From assembly GCA_951406725.2 (NCBI GenBank), contig OX597824.1:57350001-57414000 (forward strand): a stretch of 64,000 nt of DNA. The letters run 5' to 3'. Position numbers and translations under genes: made by a program. The stretch comes from Octopus vulgaris. Lineage: Eukaryota. Positions 1 to 13,489 of this stretch are shown one piece after another. How positions within the stretch are numbered: position 1 is the first letter of the stretch; the number at the start of each line of letters is the position of its first letter. Under the pieces are notes generated by a model, which was given only the letters and a program-made list of their open reading frames with translations, searched no databases and was not told where the DNA came from.

Positions 1-837
1 GTGGTAGCCACCGCAGAGGCAGGCAAGGTGACTTAGTTCTAGTGCAGCGGTTTCTGTTTCTGTGCTCTTATGTATGATAGTGTACATCCCAGACCAAGAG
101 CCTGTAAGACTGTTGGTGCTCTGAGTGTATGTGTTTCTTGTGTTCTCAAAACTGATTGGTAGAGATTATGGTTTTAAGATGTAGTAGTGTTCTGAAATGT
201 TGTAAATGTTTCTCTTTGTCTGGTGGTAATTATCACTGTAGGGTCAGGATTTGTGAGGGTTGAAGCTTGCTGGAGCAACAAAACGTGCCTCTCGGACATA
301 TATGAAACAAATGAAAAAAAAATGCATGCCATTGACTTATATTTGAGCACGAAAGAAGAATAAACGTATATTAAATAACATGCAAGATGAATTCTTAGTT
401 TATGGATATTATCTCTGTTTCCAGAGAGAGTAGACCAATCAGTTGGTGGAAGTTGGTACTAACTACAGATGAGAAGGTGAGATGCTTTGAAGAATAGAGT
501 ATTTTCCAAAACTGACATACAATAAAGGAAAAGATGGAAGTCAAGAGGATACCCGTTATTAATTTGCTTAAACTTAACGAAAATGAAGTATGACTTTAAC
601 ATTCTTAATCCTGGAGATCTTTTTCAAAACTCTGGAATGCTTTAGTAGATAAGACAGAAATATAAGAACTTCACACAAACTCAGGCGCGATATTTGCCGG
701 TAATAGATGACAAACATGTGCTTCATAGTGCGCGTCTCAACTGATTAAAAAACAAGGTATTTTGTCAACCAAGTGCTCAATAAGACATAAAAAATGAATT
801 AGAGCCATGAAAAGAATATCACCTCAATGGAAGAATC

Positions 838-1031
<194 letters not shown>

Positions 1032-1476
1032 ATTCTAATTACCCATATAGCGAAGATTAAATTTAAAATAAAAAGCAAAGCACCAATGAAAAATATGGCA
1101 AAATCATGCATCCATTTATGCGCGTGTGAGGTTATTGTTGTAACAACAGCAACAACAGCAACAACAACAACAACAGCAGCAGCAAGGTATCCGCCCCGAA
1201 GTGTCCCTAAAACAACAAAATCTAGAATGTATCAAGTTACTCTAACGACAACAGCATGTCGAAGAAAAAGAAGACGAAAGCGAAGGAGATCATCCACGGC
1301 GGAAATCTTTTTTCTCTTCGTATTGACTCATATACACCAACTTAGAGGTGTGTTTAACAACCGGATGTAGAATGAGGATATGTGAGAAGGATATGTCATC
1401 GCTGCACTGGTACCTTAGTATTGTCTTTGCCTACTGCACCCCACCAACTACCACTCATAACATCGATCTATCTTAA

Positions 1477-1510
1477 CTTTCTTTCTTTCTTTCTTTCTTT
1501 CTTTTTTCTT

Positions 1511-1565
<55 letters not shown>
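1477..1565. repeat. (CTTT)n/(CT)n microsatellite
   Basis: Visible runs. Confidence 0.95.
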
Positions 1566-1567
<2 letters not shown>

Positions 1568-2317
1568 TGCGCCTTTTCTATATTTCTGGCTTTTTTCTCT
1601 TCTAATTTGTTTTATATTTATCCGTTTTTTCATAAATTCTCTTTTTGCTCCCTTTTCTTTTTCTTCTTTTTGTTTTCCCTTAAGTTTATTTCTGTCTTTC
1701 TATCCTGCTGTCTACCCATTCCTCTTTCTGCCTGTCTTCCACACGTTCTTTCATTCTCATTCTCTTGCACCAATTGCCTACCTAAAGCCCCTACTCTGCC
1801 AGCACTTCTCTCTATCGTGTACACTACACTCAGCTTATATTTCCTATTGATATTCAATATCCGTCGTAGTAATATATACGGTAATAACGATAACGAGCGT
1901 ATCAAACTATCATTCACTCAAGTTAGACTGCTTTTTCCCAATCTCAGGGTCAGTTGGCCGATATTTGTTTTAGCTGTTTCCCTTTTTCCTTCTACCCCCC
2001 TTCTAGTCCTATGACCTTTACCCTCATACTTCACCACCCTACTTCTAGCTTCGACAACGACGAAGACTTTAAGCTGTTTCCAGCTGTATAGAGAGTTCGA
2101 TAATTGCACCGTAATGACTACGAGGACATATGGTATATTCCCTATTTTTCTGCAAGAGTGTTTTAAACATGTAATATGTTTCGAAATAATTTTTGACTCT
2201 ATATTCATGTATGCAAAGATAAGGGGTACACACACACACAAATTGACTTAAGACATGCAAGCATATACGGAAATAACATACACACATGTTTGGGTGTGTG
2301 TATGTGCGAGAGAGTGA

Positions 2318-2374
<57 letters not shown>

Positions 2375-2890
2375 TGTGTGTGTGTATTCATATATATACA
2401 TTGATAAATATATATCCGCGTGTGTATTTATGAATTGGATTGTTTGATGAATTTCATTATGTTGTCTTCCTTAATAAAACAATAAAAGAGTTTATGTCAT
2501 TCCCACCCGCCCTATTTTTCTGGGTATTTACCACTATCTAAATGATATCCCTCTGAGATATAGCCATAGAGAATTAGGGTTTAGGAGAATATCTAGCAAT
2601 ATTTATTTATGACCAGCGACTAGAATTTAACTGTCAACTCCTAGTGTCTTAATACTAGCTGCATTAAATCTTTTGATGGTGATAAGAGGATAGATAAAGA
2701 CTGTAGCTAAATTACCAATCTCGTGACCCCCACTGTGTCTCCACTTCTACTATTCCAAAATTGTAGCTGCTTCTCTTTAAGCTTATTCTGCTACATTAGT
2801 AGCAGCATGAAATTCTTTCCTTCTCTAGCTCTCATGAAATATTTGCTAAAGATTATAATTGAATATCCTGGCTGTTGAATATTTGTATTT

Positions 2891-2977
2891 TGCAACGGAA
2901 GATGGTGCTGTATTTCAAATTAACGTAATGCTTGCTTTGTTCGATTAAATGGAGCCGCCTGAAACGGCCGTATTGCA
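2891..2977 (+). ncRNA. Degenerate minimal type I hammerhead ribozyme
   Basis: tgcaa-CGGAAGA (CUGANGA mutated)...ggagccgcct-GAAAC-GGCC-GTA-ttgca; stem I tgcaa/ttgca, palindromic stem III; same family as 22671-22753. Confidence 0.55.
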
Positions 2978-3012
2978 TTAATATCTTGAGAGCATTGTTA
3001 CTTATTTACTTA

Positions 3013-3094
3013 CACATACATACATACACACACACACACACGCACACACACACACACACATAAACACACACACACACACACGCACACACACACA

Positions 3095-3158
<64 letters not shown>

Positions 3159-3182
3159 TATATATATAGATATAGATATATA
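3013..3182. repeat. (CA)n/(TA)n microsatellite
   Basis: Visible runs. Confidence 0.97.
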
Positions 3183-4521
3183 GGATATGAGGGGTTTAGT
3201 ACACTGGTGATGTAAACGAATAGGTACGATGAATAAGTGCTATAATTAGTCATTCGTTATGTTCAAAGTTCACAGCTGAGGCTGGAGTTAGGGATCTGTA
3301 TTAGGCTTCCATGTTAGCAGGTATACATTAGAGGAAAAGGACATCAAAAACTAAGACAGAATGAGTATCTCTAGTCATTTATAATAATTTAATTAGGGTA
3401 AGGTGAATTTGAAGTCATACAGCAGTTTCTGGGATATATATATATATAAAACTATATATGTACATATTCATACACACACACACACTCACACACACACACA
3501 TATATATGTATGTATATTGTTCATGATAGAAAATATTCATAAGTTGTTAAAATATAGTTTTCTCTATCGTGCGCGTGTGAACATCAAACACAAGAGTGAG
3601 CTCTCCTTTCCACTTTTTCCTTCTTCGATCCAAAATAATGTTTTTCCCACCCACCGAGAAATTAAGTTTGGAGCAAATGTGTGCGTGTGCGTGTGTGTTT
3701 CTTCCAGCATAATACTGACTTTTCCAAAATTTGGGTTCTTAAAACGTTTCTTATTACTTTCCTTTTTTAAAGTATTTTTATTGCAAATTAAGGTAATTTC
3801 TCCCAACATCAATTAGTGTAAATATAATCAGTAATTCAGCATTAATAATAAAAGGTGCGTTGCTAATTAAGAACATTTCGCAAAAACATATAAGATACAG
3901 GTATTCTTTTTCGGACAAATTCTTCGTTGACCACTGTTATTCTTATCGTAGTTTACAAATCCAAGCATGAACACTTTACTCAACTTTGAAGTTTTTGAGG
4001 CAGGCGCCCCACTTTTCACACACACACACACGTGCGCGCACTTAGATATTAATGTACACAAATACATGACAGGTAATCATAATATTGAAATACGCATGAA
4101 GTAAACAAATGCAGACAAATATACTAATATTACAAATTTTAAAAAAATAATAAAACCATACAAACAATGAAGAGACGGAAGAAACAGTACGATGATACAT
4201 GTGGATTTTATTAGGTATTTCTGTTTATTTAGAAATCGACAATGAACAGGTTAGATCTTAAACTCTAAATTTCATAGGGTTCAATCTTAAAGTTGACACC
4301 GCTCCGCTAAACGCAGAAATGTTTTGTCTCGCTATTGGTTAAAAATATAGGGTTTTTTTTCGATTTTTTCTGTAACTTTTTTCTCCACAACATCATACCT
4401 TTTTTCTCTATAATATCATACCTTCAAATCAATGAGACTGGAAGGCTACATTATGACAGTTGATTTTCAGATTTTTTACTGTCTTTTAAAAAATGCATAT
4501 TTTGCGAATGAAAAAAACTAG

Positions 4522-4608
4522 ATTATTTACATTATCTACATTTGACGTATATTTCTCCTCATCTTGTTTGTTGTTAACCTGGGTTCTCATTCCTAAGGTA
4601 TTTTTCAA

Positions 4609-4662
<54 letters not shown>

Positions 4663-4830
4663 CGAAAAATACCTTTGGAATGAGAACCCAGGTTCGAAAT
4701 TTCCCCCAAGACACCTGATGAAGGCGGGAGGGTATATCAGCCGAAACGTTGTGTTAACAACAAACAAATATCCGTCAAATGTAAATAATGTAAATGATGC
4801 ACATAATCCCTCATCTCTTAAATATAGAAC
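4522..4830. mobile_element. Inverted-repeat unit around (TTA)n, Penelope terminal-repeat-like, carrying a hammerhead
   Basis: 4522-4606 is the reverse complement of 4664-4798 minus the ribozyme segment; unit flanked by direct repeat tgaaaaaaaactag (~4509-4521 and ~4831-4845). Confidence 0.7.
4710..4755 (+). ncRNA. Minimal type I hammerhead ribozyme, core intact
   Basis: gacac-CTGATGA-a-ggc...gcc-GAAAC-GTT-gtgtt; stem I gacac/gtgtt, stem II ggc/gcc, loopless palindromic stem III ACGT. Confidence 0.75.
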
Positions 4831-4847
4831 TGAAAAAAAAACTAGTT

Positions 4848-5845
<998 letters not shown>

Positions 5846-6051
5846 TAACGTGGCTACATACTCACTTTGTCTCTATGATGGAATACTCAGTGTACGGACA
5901 TGCTAGCTTATCACTTGAAACATCCCAGAAGCAGCTGTAAGACCTCAAATTAACCTAATTAAGTTATTATAAATGACTTGAGATACTCGTCCTGAATTGG
6001 TTTTTGATGTCCTTTTCCTCTAATGTACATATACATATATATACATAATAC

Positions 6052-6125
<74 letters not shown>

Positions 6126-6148
6126 ACACACTCACACACACGCACACA
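6052..6148. repeat. (CA)n microsatellite
   Basis: Visible run. Confidence 0.97.
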
Positions 6149-7214
6149 ATCCACCTCGCAATACTTGTACAATGATGTCTTCCTATTTCGTGATAAAGTA
6201 TTTATTGAAATGAACGTCTCTCGTCGTACAGTGTAATAATTCCTTCACCTAATTGAATCAGAGACAATTTCTGTGTGATACAGTGTTTAATAATGTACCA
6301 TGGAAAATTTATTATTCTCCTTAAATGTGAAAGCATTTTAAATTAAAAATTTAGACCGGTGAAATTCCTTTATTTTTTCACTTCACTTCTACACAGCGTT
6401 ACAATTGTTCGATAGTTCTGTATAGATAATGTGGACATTGTAATCATGTTTTACATGGAAACTGCTGTTCGGAGTATTATCTGCCAACCGTTTTTCTGTC
6501 TATATGCAGATGTTATCGAGCAGTTTTGCATTGGTGGGAGTGCAACTGGATTTTTGATTTTATCGAGTTAAAATAGGGCGGATGGGTGTATGTAGAATAT
6601 CATTACTTACTCTCTTATGTCTTAAAGTAAATTTTGTCGGAGCTAGTATGGGATATCCTGAAACAGTGTGGTATATTGTCTTGGTAAATATTCGCAATTT
6701 GTTATCTATACTGCAGAAATTGTGAATATTTATTTCAGTGGCGTATCTGTTGGTGATGACGTGATCTTTTATCGTAAATATTGTTATTTTCTTGTCCAGT
6801 TCAAGCTCTATTTGTTTATGCAGGCTAAAGCTAGTTTTGCGTTTGTATATACGGAGCGTCTCGTTCGCGGAAGTAGCGTAAATACATGTTGACTTATGCA
6901 TTATCAGTATGTCTATCTCTGCTACTGTTGCTACTTAAACTCTAGATTTTTGTTGTCCAAAACCTAATCCTGGCAACGTAATTAATCGATATAAGATATC
7001 TTTGCAAAAGCACTGCTTGCGAGTAGAAAAGGTATTGATCAACATTTAGTCTCAAGCTGCTCACTGTCACTGAATGGTTCCCTTCAATCTCCGATGGTTC
7101 CATACAATATATAGTCGTTGGAATTTCAATATTTGTATAGCATGTAGGTTTTTTTTCTTTTTCTATATTTCCTGTATTCTGGTCTGCAGAATCTAGATTG
7201 CTAGGTTACAGAAA

Positions 7215-7305
7215 AATATTGGTTTCAAATTTTGGCACGAGACCAAATTTCGGTGGAGGGGTAAGTCAATTACATCGACCTTCGTGCTCAACATGAAAGG
7301 CAAAG
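7215..7305 (-). mobile_element. MetaSINE-type SINE 3' fragment
   Basis: Matches the reverse complement of the tail of 27193-27410 (gtcgatgtaattgactt...gtgccaaaatttgaaacc). Confidence 0.7.
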
Positions 7306-7458
7306 GCAAAAATGTTTTGCCTCTCCATACATTTTTGTGGCGTATTTTGGATTCTGTTTGAGATTATCTTTTGTTTCTTGTTAAACTCTTTCTCTTCTTT
7401 TGTCCTAATCCAAATAGTTTACTTCAGCATCGAGAATGCAGTTTCTATTTAACTGTTT

Positions 7459-7521
<63 letters not shown>

Positions 7522-7612
7522 TGTTTATAGATTGGAAAGTTTGATATTTTTTACGTTTCCTTGTAGGTATACTTCTAGTTCTCTCCCCCTCCCCGAGATA
7601 GTGTATATAAGG

Positions 7613-7644
<32 letters not shown>

Positions 7645-8189
7645 GATTGAGTGGACAACCGAAAGAACGACACTCAGCACATTTATTGGGAGTTAATCTT
7701 GCTTGAAAGTCTCGGAGTATCAACAAATTTGAATCACACTTATATATACACAGATACAGACAGACACACACATACACACACACATGCACACACACATATA
7801 TACACATGCACAAACACATACACATATACTCATACATTTGTGTGTGCACATATATGTGTGTGAGTGTGTATACATATGTATACACACACAAACATATATA
7901 CGCACACATTCTTGTTGCTTATCCACAACACACATAACTACAGCAAGTGCGACAAATACATACACTTATATACCGTAATATATCAGATAAACGCAATGTC
8001 CAAAAACGAGGTTTTCCTCAGATGTAACGGTAATTACTGACGCAATGTCTTTATGTTAATGTCTAGCTATCAGTTTTGAACATAATTTCAAAGAAAACAC
8101 TTTGAAGGTTTTGGCATCAAAGTTTTGGAGTTGAACACGTGTTGCAGGTTCGTGTATGTCTGTGTTTATGTTTCTCTCTATTTTGTATA

Positions 8190-8602
8190 ATTAGTGAGGA
8201 TGGAGGAGAAAGTGCTTTCCTCCAAAGAATATATCAAAAGGCGACTCTGACGAAAATGGTGAGGATGAATGGAGCTATGGTAAGCATGCAATTGTACAAT
8301 GGAGAAGCAAGAGTTGTGCAAGTGCTTGTGATCTTGGTGGTGTGTGATTTTTGAATCTGGGGTAGATAATTTATGGAACCTTCTTTGATTTCAGTTAGAG
8401 GGTCTCCTGTATCAGGGGGAATGCATCATCCATATATTCACATATTTTGTAGTGTAGGTACACTTTTAATATCGTTTCTCTCAACTAATGGCTGTTTTCG
8501 CGCTCGATTTTATGTAATACCCCGCACAAATTGTAATCTGCCTGTGTAACGTCTACCTCATTTAACACCCCTCTGTAAATAAATAAATAAATAAATAAAT
8601 AA
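8190..8602 (+). mobile_element. 5'-truncated Tx1/L1-like LINE 3' end (ORF2 C-terminus, 3'UTR, (AAAT)n tail)
   Basis: Decayed VRMEEKVLSSKEYIKR..LTKMVRMNGAMVSMQL followed by a UTR ending in aataaa repeats; similar to 11540-11890; clade assignment is from recollection of Tx1 C-termini. Confidence 0.45.
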
Positions 8603-8605
8603 ATG

Positions 8606-8658
<53 letters not shown>

Positions 8659-8989
8659 GCGGGGAGTATCATAGCCATGTGTTGAAAGGAATTCTTAGAG
8701 GTTTGGATAATTCACCTTTGGAAACATGGGTGGTTCGTTCAACATCCTTAAATAACCCTTATTCAGGGACCTTTTGAGCGGGATGGGTTACTCGACCAGA
8801 AGAAAATTCTAACTAGGCCCCACCTGCAAGGTCATGTGCTGTTTATCTTGATATGAAATCACCATGTCCCACACATATGGTTATGATGCATGTGCCTAGT
8901 GTACCCTTATCAGACGGGTAGTCATGATGGGTATACCGGGTATATTTTACCTCAGTGTCACTTTGATGGCATGCACTACTCTCTCACTC

Positions 8990-8990
<1 letters not shown>
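8659..8990 (+). mobile_element. (TAA)n-flanked non-coding retroposon, 5'-truncated copy
   Basis: Closely matches 57712-58047; (TAA)n on both sides. Confidence 0.85.
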
Positions 8991-9021
<31 letters not shown>

Positions 9022-9055
9022 TACCTATTATTATTATTTTTGTTGTTGTTGTTGT

Positions 9056-9608
9056 TGAGTGAGAGAGCAGTACATGCCATCAAAGTGACACATGGACAAA
9101 CTATACGAAACTCAATATACCCAACATGACTACTCATCTGATAAGGGTACACCAGGCACATGCGTCACAACCATATGTGCTCCACATGCTTATCTAATAT
9201 CAAATTAAACGTATGATCTTATAGATAGGGCCCAGTTACAATTTCTTCAAGTCAAGCTGCTCATCCCGCTCAAACGGTCCTTGAATAAGGGTTGTTTAAG
9301 GATGTTGAACGAAATACCCTTGTTTCTAGAGGTGAATTATTGAAACCTCCAAAGAATTCCTCTCAATACATGGCTATGATGCTCCCCTCACTACTTCTGC
9401 TCGTGATCAGAGATGCACATATCGTCAGCCACTAAGAGACGTGCTCAACTGGTTATGGTCAAACAGCTGACAAGCAAATCTGAGGTATTGACAGAATATT
9501 TGCTGTAGCCCATCTTTTCCACTAAGGCAAAACATGTAAATGATAATATTTCTAATCTGTTAAGATCAGAAGCCATGAGAGTCACTGCCTGGTACTACAT
9601 CGGGAGAT
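9056..9608 (-). mobile_element. (TAA)n-flanked non-coding retroposon, inverted copy
   Basis: Reverse complement of 57501-58047; tail-to-tail with 8659-8990. Confidence 0.85.
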
Positions 9609-10124
9609 TTATTATTAGATGTAAACCCTCTGTCGTCAATAAAGAAATCATCATCATTTCAGAAACTGAAGTTGCTTTAAATTTCATTTTCTAGATCGCT
9701 TAAACGATTAAGGAAGTACAGTGGTGTAGCAATACTGAAAGAAAAATATTCGAATGTATGTTGAGATATGATTTGTTAATATAGCGAGATTTAATTGGTT
9801 GCTGAAAAATTCCATTAGAAAAGCATTAAAGTATTTATTATCTATTGATTACCATGGGTAGAGATATGTGATATTTTCTCTTCACCTGTGGGTGGAAATA
9901 AAATCATGTGAGCGTGGAAAAGAGACTTGTTGTTGAACGCTTAATATTGGCAAACAAATGCATTGTTTCTTTTTTTAAATATCGGACAAGTGTCAAAATT
10001 CGACAAGTGTCAAAATTCATTATGTAAAAAAGAAAAAAATATTCCATCGGCAATATGGCAAATTCAGAAGTGTTCTAATCTGTACATATGTGGTCCTATG
10101 CATTATGTATGCCTTGTACTTCAC

Positions 10125-10610
10125 GATATGGCTCTCTGTAATTTTAATGCAAGGAGAACAAATTGCTGGAGCGCGAATGGTTGGAGCATTAGTCATTCCA
10201 AAACCAAGGCAAGACAAGTTCTGGTAAACATAATTCAGGACAGTAGGCACAGCTCACAGAGAAGGACCGCGGAATAGTGAAACATAGTGACTAAAACAAC
10301 TGTCCCTGATTAATATTGATAAACGGAAAAAGTGTCTCTGATAAATCATCATTTTTCTTTTTTCCACTTCGGAGCGAGTTTAAGTCTGGAGACAGGTCGA
10401 AGAAAGTTGTAACCGTAACTGTTTGACCTCAACTATGATGCATGGAAGTGGTTCTGTGATGATTTAGGCAGCCTGTACCAAGGATTTTTTTTTTTGTCCT
10501 TTAGTTATACACGACAGGATAACCACCAATGATTATCTGGGTATTTTGAATGACCATGTCCATTCTATCGTAGAAACAATGTTCCTCGGCGGTATCACAG
10601 ACTTTCAGTT
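10125..10610 (+). pseudogene. Tc1-family transposase relic
   Basis: Fragments GEQIAGARMVGA, QGKTSSGKHNSG..LTEKDR, SDKSSF, VWRQ..CLTSTMMHGSGSVMI*AA, DYLGILNDHVHSIVETMF..FQ follow the Tc1 HTH and DDE order. Confidence 0.8.
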
Positions 10611-10837
10611 CCAGCTGCGTCTTCCAGTTCCAGTCGAAATTTGCCTACAAAAGAACATGCAACATCTAGAAAGCTGGTAATTTCTAAATTTCTGTGTTCC
10701 GTACAAAAATTGCATGTCTTTTCATTTCTTGTGCTTGCATTTTATCGGCCATGTGACACCTAAACTTTTAATTGGCTTGCAGAGACTAATATTCTGATAT
10801 GTAAGTGTCCTCAAATACCGCTCGCACTCTGTGTATT

Positions 10838-10915
10838 TATGTATGTATGTATGTATGTATGTATGTATGTATGTATGTATGTATGTATGTATGTATGTAT
10901 GTATGTATGTATGTA
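10838..10915. repeat. (TATG)n microsatellite
   Basis: Visible run. Confidence 0.97.
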
Positions 10916-10980
10916 TAAATGTATGTACACGCATAGATATATAATTTTCTTTCTCTCTTGACTTTTACAATGGATATTTT

Positions 10981-11230
10981 CTTGACACCTTTAGAAATAA
11001 TGTTCTTATCCAGGTACACACGTTCTATATGCCACCTGACAGTTGAGATTTATTGTAGCTGTGTGTATGTGTGTATGCAGGAGTGTTTGTGTATGCGTGG
11101 GGGCGACAGAGATAAGCAGGTAGGTGTGATTTTGATGGTGAGTTGAATGTATGTAATAAGTCGCCCTAGGTGCGGTGGGAAGTCAAGCGAATGGATGTGG
11201 AATAAAGAAAATGGAAACGTGAGATCACAA
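10981..11230. repeat. Unclassified dispersed repeat, copy 1
   Basis: ttgacacctttagaaataatg...gatttattgtag and gcaggtaggtgt...aaaatggaaa blocks shared with 20763-21120. Confidence 0.8.
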
Positions 11231-11539
11231 ATACAATGTGTCTATGTGTACATATGTATGTGTGTTTTTATATGTGAATGTATTATGTATGTGTATGTAT
11301 ATATGAATGTATGTATGTCTTTATTTGCAATACATATATGTTTGTCAGTATCTTAGTGAGGCTCGAAGGAAAAGGGAAAAAGACATCTCTCTGGGTTTGC
11401 AGTTATATAAATTAGTGCACACACACAAACACATACACAGATACACACACAAACACACACACACATATACTTACATGCACAAACATGCATATATGTTTGT
11501 GTGTGTGAATTAATATATGCTTGTGAATGTATTGACAAA

Positions 11540-11890
11540 CCTGTGCTCATGTAGTGGTTCGTGAACCTCTTATTATATCACCCAAGAGGGAAAGCGTGTC
11601 TAGAGACGAAATGGCACATAGCAAAAACGTACGAAAGAAGAAGGATGAAAGTAGCCCGAATTTTGGGCATGTAAGTGCCAAATTAAGCGGAGTTTTAAAA
11701 AAAGGACAAAATAAACTGGGCGACGCAGGAATATGGTTGATGGGATCAAACCCATTCTACGTCCATTCGTTTTTTGTTTCATCTTCATTCGTAATTATAT
11801 ATTTATTCACATCATTCGATAAGTCTCCGACCCCATTTGTTCCTTGTATGGTGCCCTCTTTGTTTAACCCTTGTGGTTCCAATAAAATCA
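11540..11890 (+). mobile_element. 5'-truncated Tx1/L1-like LINE 3' end
   Basis: Decayed KACLETK..YERRRMKVARILGM* then UTR ending cccttgtggttccaataaaa. Confidence 0.45.
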
Positions 11891-12882
11891 TCGTGTACGC
11901 TTCCCTACCGTTTATAATTCTGTAAATATGTCAGTCTGTGTGTGATCTACATGCGATTGTGTGCATTTGTTCATTCAGGAACCTCAAACTGTATGCATTT
12001 GTTTAATGTAATAAACTTTGTAGCTTGCGTATTTTTAATATAAGTAACGCCTAACGTGTCAATTGTATTGCATTTGTGTCTATTTTTTTACGTAGTTTCA
12101 TCTAATTGTTTGAATATCTGTAGGCAATATATTTATCTATTATTTTATTTAATGAAGGGAATCTAAAATACTCAACGCACAAGGTGCTCTACACGAAGCC
12201 ATTGTATACAAGATATACAACACAAGGACATAAAATGAAATAAAACACATCACACCAAACTGATACTAGCATTTTACAAAAAGAGAACGATACAAAACAA
12301 ACTTAGCAACGATGCAATATAAATATATAAACCTGAGAACAAGTTACAAATGAACCATGTAGTTTACAATTTCCACTGTTAAATGAAATTGCAAACTACA
12401 TGAATCTAGCTGTTATATTCACCTCATAAGTGCAAGACTCTTGAAATCTCACTATGCATTGATCGCAAGGATCAGTCGCAACAAACCCCATTACTCACCC
12501 TACTATTTAGCTAGATAAAATATATTTTAAAATACTAAAATCATAAAATACTATACTCATAATACGCTGTTATTATATTATACACACAAACAACATCCAT
12601 CAAAATTACGAGAAAAACATGACTGATGATATTAACTCAATGGATAAAATCAGAGCCTGATGGCGAAAAAGACTGAAGAATAAATCCTGCCAGTAAACTA
12701 TGCAAAAATGTAGCCCACAATAGAAAAATCCAGTACACAGACCAACACCACTTCATATTCTGATAATAAAACTGAAATACTTGAAAAATGGATTTATAAA
12801 CCGGTGAGAATCTGATACGTAAATAAAAAAAAACAAAAAAAAAAAAACTGGAACACAGTCGTATCGTAAATATATTTACATG

Positions 12883-12919
<37 letters not shown>

Positions 12920-13159
12920 CTTTGTTTATGCATACATGTATGCATATATATATTTATATTTGTAGGAATGTTCATACCCGTATATATGTATATACAGAGA
13001 GAGATGGACTTCTTTCCCGTGCTTTACCTCTCCTCCCTTTCTGTCTATATATGTATGTATGTGTGTGCGTATGTGTGTATGTGTGCGCGCGCCTATATAT
13101 ACTTTTTATGCAAGTTCACGTCTCCACTGAGTTTCGCGCGCGAACACACACACACACAA

Positions 13160-13202
<43 letters not shown>

Positions 13203-13344
13203 CAGATATATATATACATGTATATATGTGTATGAAAATTATTGAGCCTCAACAAAACAAAACATGGTACAAGACTTCCGATGAAGGTTCAAGACTTCAA
13301 AGCGTGAAGGCCTTGAAGGCTCAAAACTTCTCATACACCCCTAG

Positions 13345-13489
13345 TATATATATATATACAACAGGCTTCTTTCAGTTTTTGCCTACCAAATCCACTCACA
13401 AGGTTTTCGTCGGCCCGAGTCTATAGTAGAAGAGACCTGCCCATGTGGGACTGAATCCGGAACCATGTGGTTGGGAGGTAAGCTACGTT
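13345..13489 (-). mobile_element. tRNA-derived SINE family A, body (head displaced to 15634-15668)
   Basis: Reverse complement agcttacctcccaaccacatggttccggattcagtcccac...gtgagtggatttggtaggc, matching 41161-41325. Confidence 0.9.

Noticed and set aside
400-835. Possible hAT transposase C-terminal relic
   Set aside because: Only faint similarity with many stops; cannot be supported by eye
6430-6901. Minus-strand ORF with HK..PIRPI, like a Penelope RT N-terminus
   Set aside because: Single short motif; too degenerate to call
13280-13330. ccgatga...caaaac hammerhead-like stretch
   Set aside because: Both core halves altered, with no stem III or stem I
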